Of a DNA stretch of 64,000 nucleotides, positions 10,183-20,400 are shown in pieces; the stretch's first letter is position 1, and each line of letters begins with the position of its first letter. The stretch is taken from contig JAINCQ010000012.1 of assembly GCA_036574205.1 (NCBI GenBank), forward strand, positions 7,125 through 71,124, given 5' to 3'. A program made the translations under genes and the position numbers. Origin of the DNA: Elusimicrobiota bacterium. Its GTDB lineage: Bacteria > Elusimicrobiota > Elusimicrobia > Elusimicrobiales > UBA9959. Under the pieces are notes generated by a model. The model ran no database searches, was not told the DNA's origin, and was given only the letters and a program-made list of their open reading frames with translations.

Positions 10183-10838
10183 AAAGCATTTACTCCACTA
10201 GCCCAATCAAGCTTTTCATTAGTCTGAGATATAGAAATAAGCACATTATTTAAATCAAAATCTCCAGTTTTTGAAAGGAAAACAACATCATAAAAATAGC
10301 CTATTTTATAGCTATCGTAATTAGATATAATTTTGTTTTCATCTAATATTGTAATATAATAAGCCGTGTTATCTGTATTATAGAGAAAATAAAGTTTTGT
10401 CTGGTTAGTTTTTTCACCTTTTAAAAGAGCAAGTTTCCCTGATATATTTTTATTCTTAAATTCCTTTGGGTTTTTCAAAAATTTATCTATCTCCTCACAA
10501 TCAATAGCATTTGAAGATTTCATATCTTTTGAATCAACAACAAAGTCATATTCATCTTCTATTGGATTTTGCTGATCAGAAATTTTATCAAGAAAATCAA
10601 GATCTTTTTTATCCGCGCTGACAGAAACGGAAGAATTTGATGAATATTCCTTTTTAATATAAACAGGAGTGTATGAAACAGTTTGTTGGGATTTTCCATA
10701 ATAAACTGGCTTATAATCATTTGAAAATGAAAAAAGCCCTTTAAAGTTACCCCATTTTAATGAAATATAAATACCCATTAAAATTCCGATTATAATGAAA
10801 AAAATAGTATTTATAAATCTAAGTTTATAAAAGTTCAT
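10179..10838 (-). CDS. Hypothetical membrane-anchored protein, possible C-terminal OB fold
   Basis: N-terminal TM, low-complexity linker, FLKNPKEFKNKNI motif reminiscent of OB-fold proteins. Confidence 0.65.
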   Translation of the reverse strand: MNFYKLRFINTIFFIIIGILMGIYISLKWGNFKGLFSFSNDYKPVYYGKSQQTVSYTPVYIKKEYSSNSSVSVSADKKDLDFLDKISDQQNPIEDEYDFVVDSKDMKSSNAIDCEEIDKFLKNPKEFKNKNISGKLALLKGEKTNQTKLYFLYNTDNTAYYITILDENKIISNYDSYKIGYFYDVVFLSKTGDFDLNNVLISISQTNEKLDWASGVNAF

Positions 10839-10917
10839 AATAAAATTATATAAAATAGGATATAACTAAAAAATTAATAAATTGTTAAATTTCTCTTCTC
10901 TATTTTTACTTTAAGCT

Positions 10918-11634
10918 TTAACTTTGCCTTTTTTCAATCTTTTCTTTTATTTTTTTGTCCCTTTCTTCAAGTTTCTTCCTAACATTTTCAAAATATTTTT
11001 CAAGTTTTTTAGCTCTTTGTTTTTCTCTCATCATTATAGTTGAAAGCCTATGCTGAATTTTTATCTCAATTTTGGTTATGTAAGCGCTTTGTCCTGGCTT
11101 TAAAGTTTTAACCTCCCCATCCTTTTCTATATCAACTAACCCTTTAAAAAGGCCAATCTCTGAATGTTCTTCATCTGAAATAATCGAAAAATTAGTTCCT
11201 CTTACTCCACAAACAGCCTGCGGTGTTTTAACTTTATATTCCTTACTCATTTTATTAATAAAAAAAGTAGCTTTACCTATAAGATAATTATAACTCTTTT
11301 CTAATAAAGAGTTTTCCTCGGCGTTTAAATTTTTTACTCCAAAAATAAAATCAAGGAAAGAGCTATTATCCTTAATTTTTTCTTCCCGTTTTAAAATAAA
11401 TTTAGTGTTCTCAAATAAAAAAACCATACTTTTGTTCTCAAGAAGTAACTGTGCCTCTGAATTAGATGATGTAATAATTGAATATCCACTCCCAATAACA
11501 TCTCCTTCCTTTAAATTAATCTTTTCGTTTTTATCATTATAAAACTCCACTGTTCCGCTTGTTTTATATATTATATCCTGCGAATTAACAACAGGAACTC
11601 CCATCAATAATAACAAACAAAGAACAAAATACAT
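10918..11634 (-). CDS. Secreted FecR-domain protein
   Basis: Signal peptide; VKTPQAVCGVRGTNF, G.V.I, LKPGQ FecR-domain motifs; charged coiled-coil tail. Confidence 0.85.
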   Translation of the reverse strand: MYFVLCLLLLMGVPVVNSQDIIYKTSGTVEFYNDKNEKINLKEGDVIGSGYSIITSSNSEAQLLLENKSMVFLFENTKFILKREEKIKDNSSFLDFIFGVKNLNAEENSLLEKSYNYLIGKATFFINKMSKEYKVKTPQAVCGVRGTNFSIISDEEHSEIGLFKGLVDIEKDGEVKTLKPGQSAYITKIEIKIQHRLSTIMMREKQRAKKLEKYFENVRKKLEERDKKIKEKIEKRQS

Positions 11635-11647
11635 AATTTCCTCCTTA

Positions 11648-12694
11648 TTATTTTTTATATTTAGCCATTATATAAAAATCCCTAACTTTTACAACCTCAA
11701 TATCGGTGTTCTTTGAAATTATACCAATTATATCAGATGCTTTTCCTTTGTGAAGCAAAAGCTCAAAAACCGCAGTTTCCTTATCGTAATTTTTAACAAC
11801 AGCAGTTCTTATTATAGGGATATTCCTGAAATATTTAATAAGATCATTGACTGAATTTAACGAAGAAACTCCATCTACTTCAAATTTAACTATTTTCTTT
11901 TGATTATAGTAATTCAATATAGAATCCTTGATATTAGGATATACCTTTTTAACACAGTTTACAGATGCATTATTTTTAGCGTCCTGTTCAGTCAAACCTA
12001 TTCCACCATTTGAAGCATTAAATCCACTTATAATCTCATCATTTTTTGTTTTTATATTTCCGCTAATTGTACAAACATATGATATAAAACCTCCAAGTCC
12101 CTCCGATGTATTAAATTTAGTTTGTATTTTACCATCAATAATTACGTCTGAATCTTTTATATCTCCAAAAACTCTAAAACTATCATTTCTAAGATCTGAA
12201 ATAAGAGCATCTAAAGCAAAGCTTACCGCCTGTGTTTGCTCATCAATAATATTAGCATAGATAACTGGGCTTCCTATTTTCTCAACCTCGTTCTCAAATC
12301 TTTTCAATTTACTGGCAAGATCTTCTTTTCTAACATAAGCCCTTACTTTAGTTTTATAGAAATTACCATCGATATACTCTTTCAAAACTTCATACTTTTC
12401 TATATATCCCTCAGACCTTGAGGTTATTTCATCGTCTATAAGAACAGATTTTGAAACAAGGGTTTCCCCACTTATATAAACACCCACTACAAGATGAAGA
12501 GCATTTTTAAGGGCATCTGATAAAGATGTCTTCTTTGCATTATCAATATTATTATCAACTATTGGACCACTCCCCTCAGCTTCAACAATCTCAACGTTAT
12601 AATCTTTATTTAATTCAGATTTAATTATGTTTTTTCCACAGGAATTTAAAAGCAAACAAACCCCAGAAATTCCAATATAAATAACTTGCTTCAT
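11648..12694 (-). CDS. Lipoprotein with FlgT N-terminal-like domain
   Basis: Lipobox LLNSC; VEAEGSG...AKKTSLSDALKNA...VGVYI...I.SRSEGYIEKYEVLKE...YKTKVRAYV. Confidence 0.75.
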   Translation of the reverse strand: MKQVIYIGISGVCLLLNSCGKNIIKSELNKDYNVEIVEAEGSGPIVDNNIDNAKKTSLSDALKNALHLVVGVYISGETLVSKSVLIDDEITSRSEGYIEKYEVLKEYIDGNFYKTKVRAYVRKEDLASKLKRFENEVEKIGSPVIYANIIDEQTQAVSFALDALISDLRNDSFRVFGDIKDSDVIIDGKIQTKFNTSEGLGGFISYVCTISGNIKTKNDEIISGFNASNGGIGLTEQDAKNNASVNCVKKVYPNIKDSILNYYNQKKIVKFEVDGVSSLNSVNDLIKYFRNIPIIRTAVVKNYDKETAVFELLLHKGKASDIIGIISKNTDIEVVKVRDFYIMAKYKK

Positions 12695-12799
12695 AAAACC
12701 TCTCTAATAAAATGTTGCTTATAATTGTCAGTAATAACTTCTTAACGCTGTAAATATTCTGATATATTTACTGACTTAAATAATACTTTTTAAAGATAA

Positions 12800-13249
12800 T
12801 TATTCAATTATCTTCAAACCCATATCTTTTAGATATTTTTTATCCAATCTAAGCACAACAACGCATCCATCATCAGCCGTCCATTCTGTCCTTACTATCT
12901 GAGCTCCTTTTATAAGAGCATCTATTTTGGTGGCAAGCAGTGAATCTGTTTCAATTGCCTTTTCAACTGTTATTCCACCTTCAAGCTGAATACCTTTTAT
13001 TACACTAAGCATATTATACTGTCCGTTTACTATTGCGGCGTTTCTTGAGGTAGCCATTTTTTGCGTTTTATTTTCAAGAGTCTGATCTGCCGCGCCAATT
13101 CCTCTGGCAAATATATAGTTTTTAGTTACTCCTTCTTCAACCCATTCCCTTTCTATTTCTCCACTTTTTGAAACCATTCCTTTATCAGGACTTGATTTAC
13201 AGCCTGCCATTAATAAGAAGCCCATTGCTATTAAGCAGATTTTTTTCAT
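12800..13249 (-). CDS. LPP20-family lipoprotein
   Basis: Lipobox MAGC; ARGIGA...SRNAAIV...L...IKGIQL...I.ALIKGAQIV; SD GAGGAGG. Confidence 0.8.
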   Translation of the reverse strand: MKKICLIAMGFLLMAGCKSSPDKGMVSKSGEIEREWVEEGVTKNYIFARGIGAADQTLENKTQKMATSRNAAIVNGQYNMLSVIKGIQLEGGITVEKAIETDSLLATKIDALIKGAQIVRTEWTADDGCVVVLRLDKKYLKDMGLKIIE

Positions 13250-13274
13250 ATTACCTCCTCTTATCCTATTAATA

Positions 13275-13322
13275 ATTTTAACATTTAAGTATATTGACAG
13301 TCAATTTGTTTTTTTGTATCAT
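13275..13322. promoter_or_regulatory. Back-to-back sigma70 promoters sharing the palindrome ATTGAC-A-GTCAAT
   Basis: + strand TTGACA (13294-13299), 17 nt, TATCAT (13317-13322); - strand TTGACT (13304-13299), 18 nt, TAAAAT (13280-13275). Confidence 0.7.
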
Positions 13323-13341
13323 CTATTTAAATGCAGATCTT

Positions 13342-13381
13342 TAAAAGCTTGAATTTAATTTTAATTGAATTTAGGCTTTTA
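13342..13381 (+). promoter_or_regulatory. Long 5'-UTR stem-loop upstream of the gldA-like gene
   Basis: taaaagcttgaatttaatt-tt-aattgaatttaggctttta: 19-nt arms; the three non-Watson-Crick positions are all G.U on the + strand. Confidence 0.6.
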
Positions 13382-13409
13382 CCTTATCTTTTTTAAAACC
13401 AGGAAAAAT

Positions 13410-14309
13410 ATGATAAAAGTTAAAAATGTTATTAAAAATTATGGAAATTTCAGGGCTTTAAAAGGAGTATCTTTTGAAGCTCAAAAAAACACAATAACAG
13501 CGCTTTTAGGACCAAATGGCGCTGGAAAAACTACAACGCTTAGAATACTTTCAGGATATTTATTTCCAGACGATGGCGATATAGAATATTTCGGAAAAAA
13601 TTACAAAAACTCTGATTTTAAAAATCTGATTGGTTATGTGCCTGAAAATAATCCTATTTATGAGGATTTAGAAGTAAGCGAATATCTTAACTGGATTTCA
13701 AAAATATATGGAGTTGATTCATCAAACGTAAAAACAGTAATAGACAAATGCTCCCTTAAAGATGTGATAGGGAAAAAAATAGGAAGTTTATCAAAAGGAT
13801 ACAAACAAAGAGTATCTCTTGCCAAAGCTATAATACATAACCCTCCAATTCTTCTTTTAGATGAACCGACCTCAGGGCTTGATCCCAATCAGGCAAACCA
13901 GACAAAAGAATTGATAAAAGATTTAAAAGGAGAAAAAACCGTAATAATTTCCACACACATTTTATCTGAAGCTGAAAGCATATGTGATAATATACTTATA
14001 ATAAACAAAGGAGAGATACAGGCATCCGGGAAAATAGATGAGATTATAAAACAATACTCCAGAAATTCATATACACTGAAAATAGAAGGCAAAATAGAAA
14101 TAGATTTTTCAGGGTTAAAAGAAATAAAAGAAATTGCCAAAACATATTATGAAAATGAAGTTCAATATATAATAGAATTTAATAATGAAAAAGATATGAG
14201 AAAAGAAATACTTGAATATTTAATTTCAAAGAAAATTTCGTTATTAGAATTTTATAAAAATAGAATTACTCTTGAGGAAATTTTTACAAAAATTACTAAG
14301 GAGAATTAA
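13410..14309 (+). CDS. ABC transporter ATP-binding protein, GldA-like
   Basis: Walker A GPNGAGKTT, LSKGYKQRV (GldA-type signature), LLLDEPTSGLDP, STHILSE; ATG 13410 preferred over TTG 13365. Confidence 0.92.
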   Translation: MIKVKNVIKNYGNFRALKGVSFEAQKNTITALLGPNGAGKTTTLRILSGYLFPDDGDIEYFGKNYKNSDFKNLIGYVPENNPIYEDLEVSEYLNWISKIYGVDSSNVKTVIDKCSLKDVIGKKIGSLSKGYKQRVSLAKAIIHNPPILLLDEPTSGLDPNQANQTKELIKDLKGEKTVIISTHILSEAESICDNILIINKGEIQASGKIDEIIKQYSRNSYTLKIEGKIEIDFSGLKEIKEIAKTYYENEVQYIIEFNNEKDMRKEILEYLISKKISLLEFYKNRITLEEIFTKITKEN

Positions 14310-14312
14310 TTT

Positions 14313-15029
14313 ATGAATTATAATAATATAAAACTTCTTATAATAAAGGAACTAAAACATTATTTTAACACACCTCCATTATATGTTTTAACAACAGTAT
14401 TTCTTCTTTTAATCGGGTATTTTTTTGCTCAACCGATGTTTTTAATAGCCCAGGCTAACCTTAATTCAATTGTAGATATTATGCCTTTAATATTGACTTT
14501 CTTTATTCCAGCATTAACCATGAAACTAATTGCCGAGGAAAAGAAAACTCAAACAATAGAAATTCTTTTAACACTTCCTTTCTCAGAAGAAGAGATAATA
14601 ATATCAAAATATATATCTTCAGTAATTGTAATGTTTCTCGCTTTTTTATTAATGTCTTTTTATGCGATTACCATAATCATGCTTTCAAAACCAGACATAG
14701 GACATATTATAGGAACTTATCTGGGGTTGTTTTTACTATCTATCTCATTTATAGCAATTGGAATATTTTCTTCAACCCTTTCATCAAGCCAGATTAATGC
14801 TTTTATAATAGGTTTTGCAATTTCATTTTTCTTTTACATAAGTGGTAAAACAACTTTTTTTCTTCCAATTTATCTTCAAAATATATTCAATTACCTTGGG
14901 ACAGACATCCATATTTCAAATATATCAAGAGGAGTTATAGATCTAAAAGATCTTATATATTTTTTCAGTATAATTTCTGCTTTTTTATACCTTTCAGTTT
15001 ATAGATTAAAAACAATGAGGATAAAATAA
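14313..15029 (+). CDS. ABC-2 permease, GldF-like
   Basis: KEL..YF.TP, FIPALTM...AEEKK..TIEILLTLP, SRGVIDLKD..YF. Confidence 0.9.
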   Translation: MNYNNIKLLIIKELKHYFNTPPLYVLTTVFLLLIGYFFAQPMFLIAQANLNSIVDIMPLILTFFIPALTMKLIAEEKKTQTIEILLTLPFSEEEIIISKYISSVIVMFLAFLLMSFYAITIIMLSKPDIGHIIGTYLGLFLLSISFIAIGIFSSTLSSSQINAFIIGFAISFFFYISGKTTFFLPIYLQNIFNYLGTDIHISNISRGVIDLKDLIYFFSIISAFLYLSVYRLKTMRIK

Positions 15030-15031
15030 CT

Positions 15032-16594
15032 ATGAAAAAGATAGAAATATTAATATTTATCTTAATATTGGTAATCTTAAATCTGATAGTTTCAAAATTA
15101 AATGTCAGATTTGATGCTACAAGAGATAAGATATATACCCTTTCAAAGGGAAGCAAAAATATCATAAAAAAGATAAACGACAATCTCTTTATAGACCTTT
15201 ATTATTCAAAGGAACTACCCCCTCAGATAAATACAAATAAAGAATATGCAATCTCAATGATAAAAGATTACGCATCTTATTCAAAAAAAATTAAATTATC
15301 AACCATAGAAATAGCAGAAAATGAGGATTTAAAAAGACATGCTCGAGAAGAAGGAGTTATACCAGTCAGATTTGATATAGTATCAAAAGAGAAATTTGAA
15401 CAGAGAGAAGGGTTTCTGGGATTAACTATAAGATACAGAGAAAAAAAGGATGTAATCGGTTTTATCTCTGATATATCAAACTTTGAATACGATCTTACTT
15501 CAAGAATTAAAAACTTAATAAATGAAAATAAGGAAAAGGTATATTTTATAACAGATTCAAATTCTTTATCATCTTACAGAATAAATCCTCAGATAAAAGA
15601 AAAACTTTTAAATAATTATGAGATAAAAGATTTTCAATTAAAAGATTTATATAATTCAACAGAAAGTTTTGCAGCATGTCTTGTAGGACCAACAACCCCT
15701 TTGAATGAAAAGGAACTTTTTTATTTTGACCAGATACTTGCAAAAGGAAACAGAATTTTTATAGCCTATGATATGAAATACACAACAATGGACAGCTTTT
15801 TTTCAAGGGATAATAATATAGGGATAGAAAAGATACTTTCTAAAAATGGGATAAGATTAAAAAATACACTTATACTTGACAGAAACTCACAGGCTATTCA
15901 AATTGGCTTCAGGCAAGGACCTTTTATCATTTCAAATATCGTAAAATATCCATACTTTATAATAACTGACAATTTAGACAGGAATCATTCAACAACAAAA
16001 GATGTTTATTCTTTAACAATTCCATTTGCCTCTCCAATAGAATATTCAACAACTTCAAAGCTTCTAATAACACCACTTGTTAAAACATCAAGATACAGCT
16101 GGGCAAAAAAAGAGAATTCATATATAAATATAAACCCTTTTCAGGAATACACTTTATCGCAGGATGATTATAATGGACCATTTACAATATCCATATTAGC
16201 AAAAGGCAGATTTGATTCATATTTTGAAACTGTGCCAAAAGAAATTGAGAAAGAGAGTAAAGGGAAAATATCTCATATAAAGCAAGGAGAAAAAGATTCA
16301 ATTTTATACTTAATATCATCGTCTAAATTTATAACTAATGAAGAACTTAATCAGGAAAATGCTCAATATTTTACAAATATAATAAATTTCCTTACACAGG
16401 ATGAGGATATTATTACTATAAGGTCTAAAAAAGCAGGCTTTATACCTTTAAAAGAGATAAATGACAGGTTGAAGGTATTAATAAAATATATGAATATTTT
16501 TCTGCCATCAATAATTTTGATAGCTATCGGTCTTTACAGATGGAAAAAACTTGAATTAGAAAGAGAAAAAGCTAAAAAGGTTTATACAAGCTGA
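15032..16594 (+). CDS. GldG-like ABC auxiliary component
   Basis: RFDAT.DKIYTLS, EYDLTS.I, N.INFL..DE.II.IRSK, C-terminal TM. Confidence 0.88.
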   Translation: MKKIEILIFILILVILNLIVSKLNVRFDATRDKIYTLSKGSKNIIKKINDNLFIDLYYSKELPPQINTNKEYAISMIKDYASYSKKIKLSTIEIAENEDLKRHAREEGVIPVRFDIVSKEKFEQREGFLGLTIRYREKKDVIGFISDISNFEYDLTSRIKNLINENKEKVYFITDSNSLSSYRINPQIKEKLLNNYEIKDFQLKDLYNSTESFAACLVGPTTPLNEKELFYFDQILAKGNRIFIAYDMKYTTMDSFFSRDNNIGIEKILSKNGIRLKNTLILDRNSQAIQIGFRQGPFIISNIVKYPYFIITDNLDRNHSTTKDVYSLTIPFASPIEYSTTSKLLITPLVKTSRYSWAKKENSYININPFQEYTLSQDDYNGPFTISILAKGRFDSYFETVPKEIEKESKGKISHIKQGEKDSILYLISSSKFITNEELNQENAQYFTNIINFLTQDEDIITIRSKKAGFIPLKEINDRLKVLIKYMNIFLPSIILIAIGLYRWKKLELEREKAKKVYTS

Positions 16595-16618
16595 GTTTTC
16601 TTTTTATAAGGGAGGGAT

Positions 16619-17482
16619 ATGAATATTAAAAATCTTCTCATAGTTTTATCCTTAATTATATTGATATATATCGCTGTTTTAACTCTCAACCAACCAAAAA
16701 TTTATTCAAATACCCCTTTTTCCAAAAAAATAGATACAAATAAAATAACAGAAATCACAATAACAAACCTAACTCATGAGGTTAGTCTAAGCAAAAAAGA
16801 GAAAATATGGCTAATGACGAAACCATATCATTATAAAGCAGATAACCAGGAAATAGAAAGCTTAATTGAAAAAATTTCTAAGGCAAAATTATATGGACCT
16901 CTGACTGACAAAAAAACAGAATATTATAGATTTGAAATATATCCAGACTCATCAACATTAGTAACTTTAAAATCAAATAAAACCCTTTCTCTTTTGATTG
17001 GAAAAGCAACTCAGGATTATAATGGAACTTTTATCAAATTCAAAGAATCTGATGAGATATATGAGCTAAAAGGTATATACCCATTTGATTTCAAAAAAAA
17101 CTCCCAGGATCTTTTATATAAAAATATAGTTGAATCAGATATTTCAGAGATAAACTCATATGAAATAATATACAATAAAAGTAAGATATATGATTCAAAA
17201 TCTGGTGATAAATGGCTAAAAGAAAACTCTCAAAGAATAATTGAAAAACTTAAAGAAATAAGATTTAACAAAATAGAAAAGGTAGAAAAGGAAAAAGAGA
17301 AAATACTGGCAGAGATAACGTTAAAATCTCAAAACAATGATGAGCGTTTATCAATATATAAAAAAGGGAAAAATTATATTATATTTAAAAACGACTATGA
17401 ATTAACGATTGAGGATTCATACTCTAAGAAAATTGAAAGCTTTATTGATGAACTAAAAAAAGATATTTCCACAAAAAAATAA
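16619..17482 (+). CDS. DUF4340 domain protein
   Basis: N-terminal TM; W.MTKP..YKAD, L.IGK motif; usual position after GldG-like genes. Confidence 0.75.
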   Translation: MNIKNLLIVLSLIILIYIAVLTLNQPKIYSNTPFSKKIDTNKITEITITNLTHEVSLSKKEKIWLMTKPYHYKADNQEIESLIEKISKAKLYGPLTDKKTEYYRFEIYPDSSTLVTLKSNKTLSLLIGKATQDYNGTFIKFKESDEIYELKGIYPFDFKKNSQDLLYKNIVESDISEINSYEIIYNKSKIYDSKSGDKWLKENSQRIIEKLKEIRFNKIEKVEKEKEKILAEITLKSQNNDERLSIYKKGKNYIIFKNDYELTIEDSYSKKIESFIDELKKDISTKK

Positions 17483-17499
17483 TCCTGAAATTTATAGAA

Positions 17500-20400
17500 T
17501 TATTTTACAGCAATCTTTACTTTTTTTGTCTGATTGCCAGAAATATACTCTATATAAACATCTCCTTCTATCTCAGACAAAGCATTATTATATGTTATAA
17601 GATTATCTATCTCAATATCATTTAATTTCGTTATTATGTCTCCTTCTTTTATCTCTGTATTTAGCAAAAGAGAATTTTCAGAAAGTCTTGCAATTCTAAC
17701 ACCCTTGCCGCTATAACCAAAATCTGGCATAAACCCCAAAGAAATTTTTCTTTTCTTAATCGGCTTTTGTATTTTTATATCAAGAAAATCAAGTCTTGGG
17801 TATTTTGAAATCTCATCTATTAAACTTAAAACAAAATCACCAGCCACCAAAAGCCCATCAAAATTTATATTTTCATAAACATCTTTTGGTGTATGATAGT
17901 CAGGATCCCCCCCATCAAAAATCTGAATTGCAGGGATCTGTTTTTCTATAAAACTCATCTGATCGGATGAATCAAGTGGCAATGTTGAAATTTTATAATT
18001 AATCATTGTAGCAAGCGAAGCATTTTTTATTATACTCTGCCATTTTGAAGATGAATTAGAATTTAAAATGTATATCTCTTTATTAATTTTTCCAATAGTA
18101 TCCAAATTTACATTAGCAAGAATCTTTGAAATTATATCTTTCGAAAGACTTTCTAAAAAATATTTTGATCCAGATCTTTGCTCCTCTTCTCCAGAAAAAA
18201 AACAGAACGCAAGATTATTTTTTTGGCTTTTAACTTTTGATAACAAATCACTTAACCCAAGCAAAACAGAAACACCACTCGCATTATCATTTGCTCCCGG
18301 AAAAAAAGAATTATCTTTTGGGAAAAGGTGATCATAATGCGCTGTTAAAAAAATATATAAATCAGATTTTCCTTTAAGATATCCACAAATATTTTTTGTT
18401 TTATATTTTTTCCCATTAAAATCAACTTCAAATTCCTGTTTATATGAACCACCAAAAAATGGTAAAAAATGATTTTTCTTTAATCTTTTCTCTATGTAAT
18501 TAGCTGCCTTTTCAATCTCATTTGATCCAGGATGTCTTGTCTTAAGCTTTTTTGATAAAAAATAGACATCTTTTTTTAATTTAAACTTATTAATAGAATA
18601 TTCAGCATTTACTACTAAGGGACTAGAAGTTAACTTCAAATTAGAATAATCAAATTCATCAAATAAAAATATATTTGGGGAACTTTTTAATTTCCAGACA
18701 CCGGATAAAATATTATTATTTTCCGAATCAAAAACAAGATAAGAATACTTTGAATAATGTGGAATTTTAAAAGATATCAACTCTGATGAAATCTTATCTC
18801 TTGGAAAAAAGAAATTAACAGTATAATCAGGATTTTCAGGATTTAGAAAAGAAAATACAAAACTATTTTTATCAAACTCATACTTTATATTATCAATCCA
18901 GATCCCTGAAGAATCTATCCTGATATTATAATCATTTTCTTTTAAGACTTCATTTAAAATACCAGTTTCTTTTCCAACTATCCATAGATCAGTATTTATT
19001 TTAGATAAGTCCAAATCTTCTTTTCTCAAAATTTTATAATCTTTATATTGATATGGTTTAAGAAAACCAGAATATTCATCATCCAATAAAAAACTAACCT
19101 TCATTGCGCCATTTACTCTGGATAAAGTTGAAGGTAACTCTCTGTTATTTAATTTTCTTGGCATATCATACATTAAATCAATCCCTAAAGCACGAGGTCT
19201 AGAGGATAGAAAAACATCAATTTTTTTGGAATCAAAACCTTTTAAATCAAAATTTAATATTTCATAAGAATAATCCTTATAAATAAGAAAAACAGGGATA
19301 TCCATAAAAAAATTGCCGGTCTGTGATAAAACAAAAGAAAGAAGATAACCGGTAGAAGTTTCTTTTAACTCAGCAGAAGAAATACTTATACTTTCAAGGC
19401 CTTTTTGGTTAACATATCTATCAAAAGCTTCCTTTAAATCTACTTTTCCTTCTTTTTCAAATTCAACCCTTATATCATCCCAGCTTGCCTCTTTAAACAA
19501 ATTCTTTCTGTAAAAATTTCTTAATGAGCGAATAAAAACCTCATCCCCAAGTTTTTTCCTTAACATATGAAAAAACATTAATGCTTTTCCATAACCTATG
19601 GATTCACTCAAACCACTATGCCGCTCAATAAACTGTGAAAGAGGAAAGTCATTATTATCTAAAACAGAATCGTTATATTTTTTGATAACACTTATTCTAT
19701 AATCAAGATCCTTTCCCTTTTGCTCTTGAATGGCATAATCCGCCATATATGCAGTAAGTCCTTCACACCAGTTACCTTTTTTATAATCAACAAAAACCCC
19801 ATTCCCCCACCAGTTATGAAGTATCTCATGAGGATAAGATGTTATGAATATAAAAGGAAAGCGTATAACAGTAGGACCTATTAAGGTAAAGGAAGGGAAA
19901 GCATATCCTGTTTCCCAGAAATTTTCCACAACTGCAAATTTTTCATAAGGATATTTTCCAATAAGTGATGAATACATTTTTATGTATTTTAAGGCATAAT
20001 CCAGATACTTATCAGCAAGAGTCTTATCTTCATTCCTTAAAAAAACATAAAGATCTATATCATCTTTTTTGTTATATTCGATAAATTTTCCACAAACAAG
20101 CGGAATATCCAGATTTTTTAAAGAAGATTTCCATAGAGAAATATTTTTGTCATTTTCTATTTTCTCTTCTATCCTCTTTCCAGCAAGTACTACTTTATAA
20201 TCCTTTTCAATAGAAACTTTTATAGAAAAACCAAAAGCCTCTTTTTTCTCCATAACCGGATACCAGTAACTCTGTTTTGTCAGATAACATCCATCCAGAG
20301 AAATAATTCCTTCTGTTTCTCTAAAACTCCTCTGATATTCTTCTGAAACACTTTTGATAGGATAATTTATAATACCAGAGTAATTAAATGAAAGCCTGTC

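Noticed and set aside
11648-12694. Calling a flagellar locus from the FlgT-like domain (and the FlgD/FlgO-like domains elsewhere)
   Set aside because: No core flagellar genes in the window; these folds occur widely outside flagella
13410-16594. Calling gliding motility from the GldA/F/G-like genes
   Set aside because: These ABC modules are widespread in non-gliding bacteria; no gldK-N or sprB in the window
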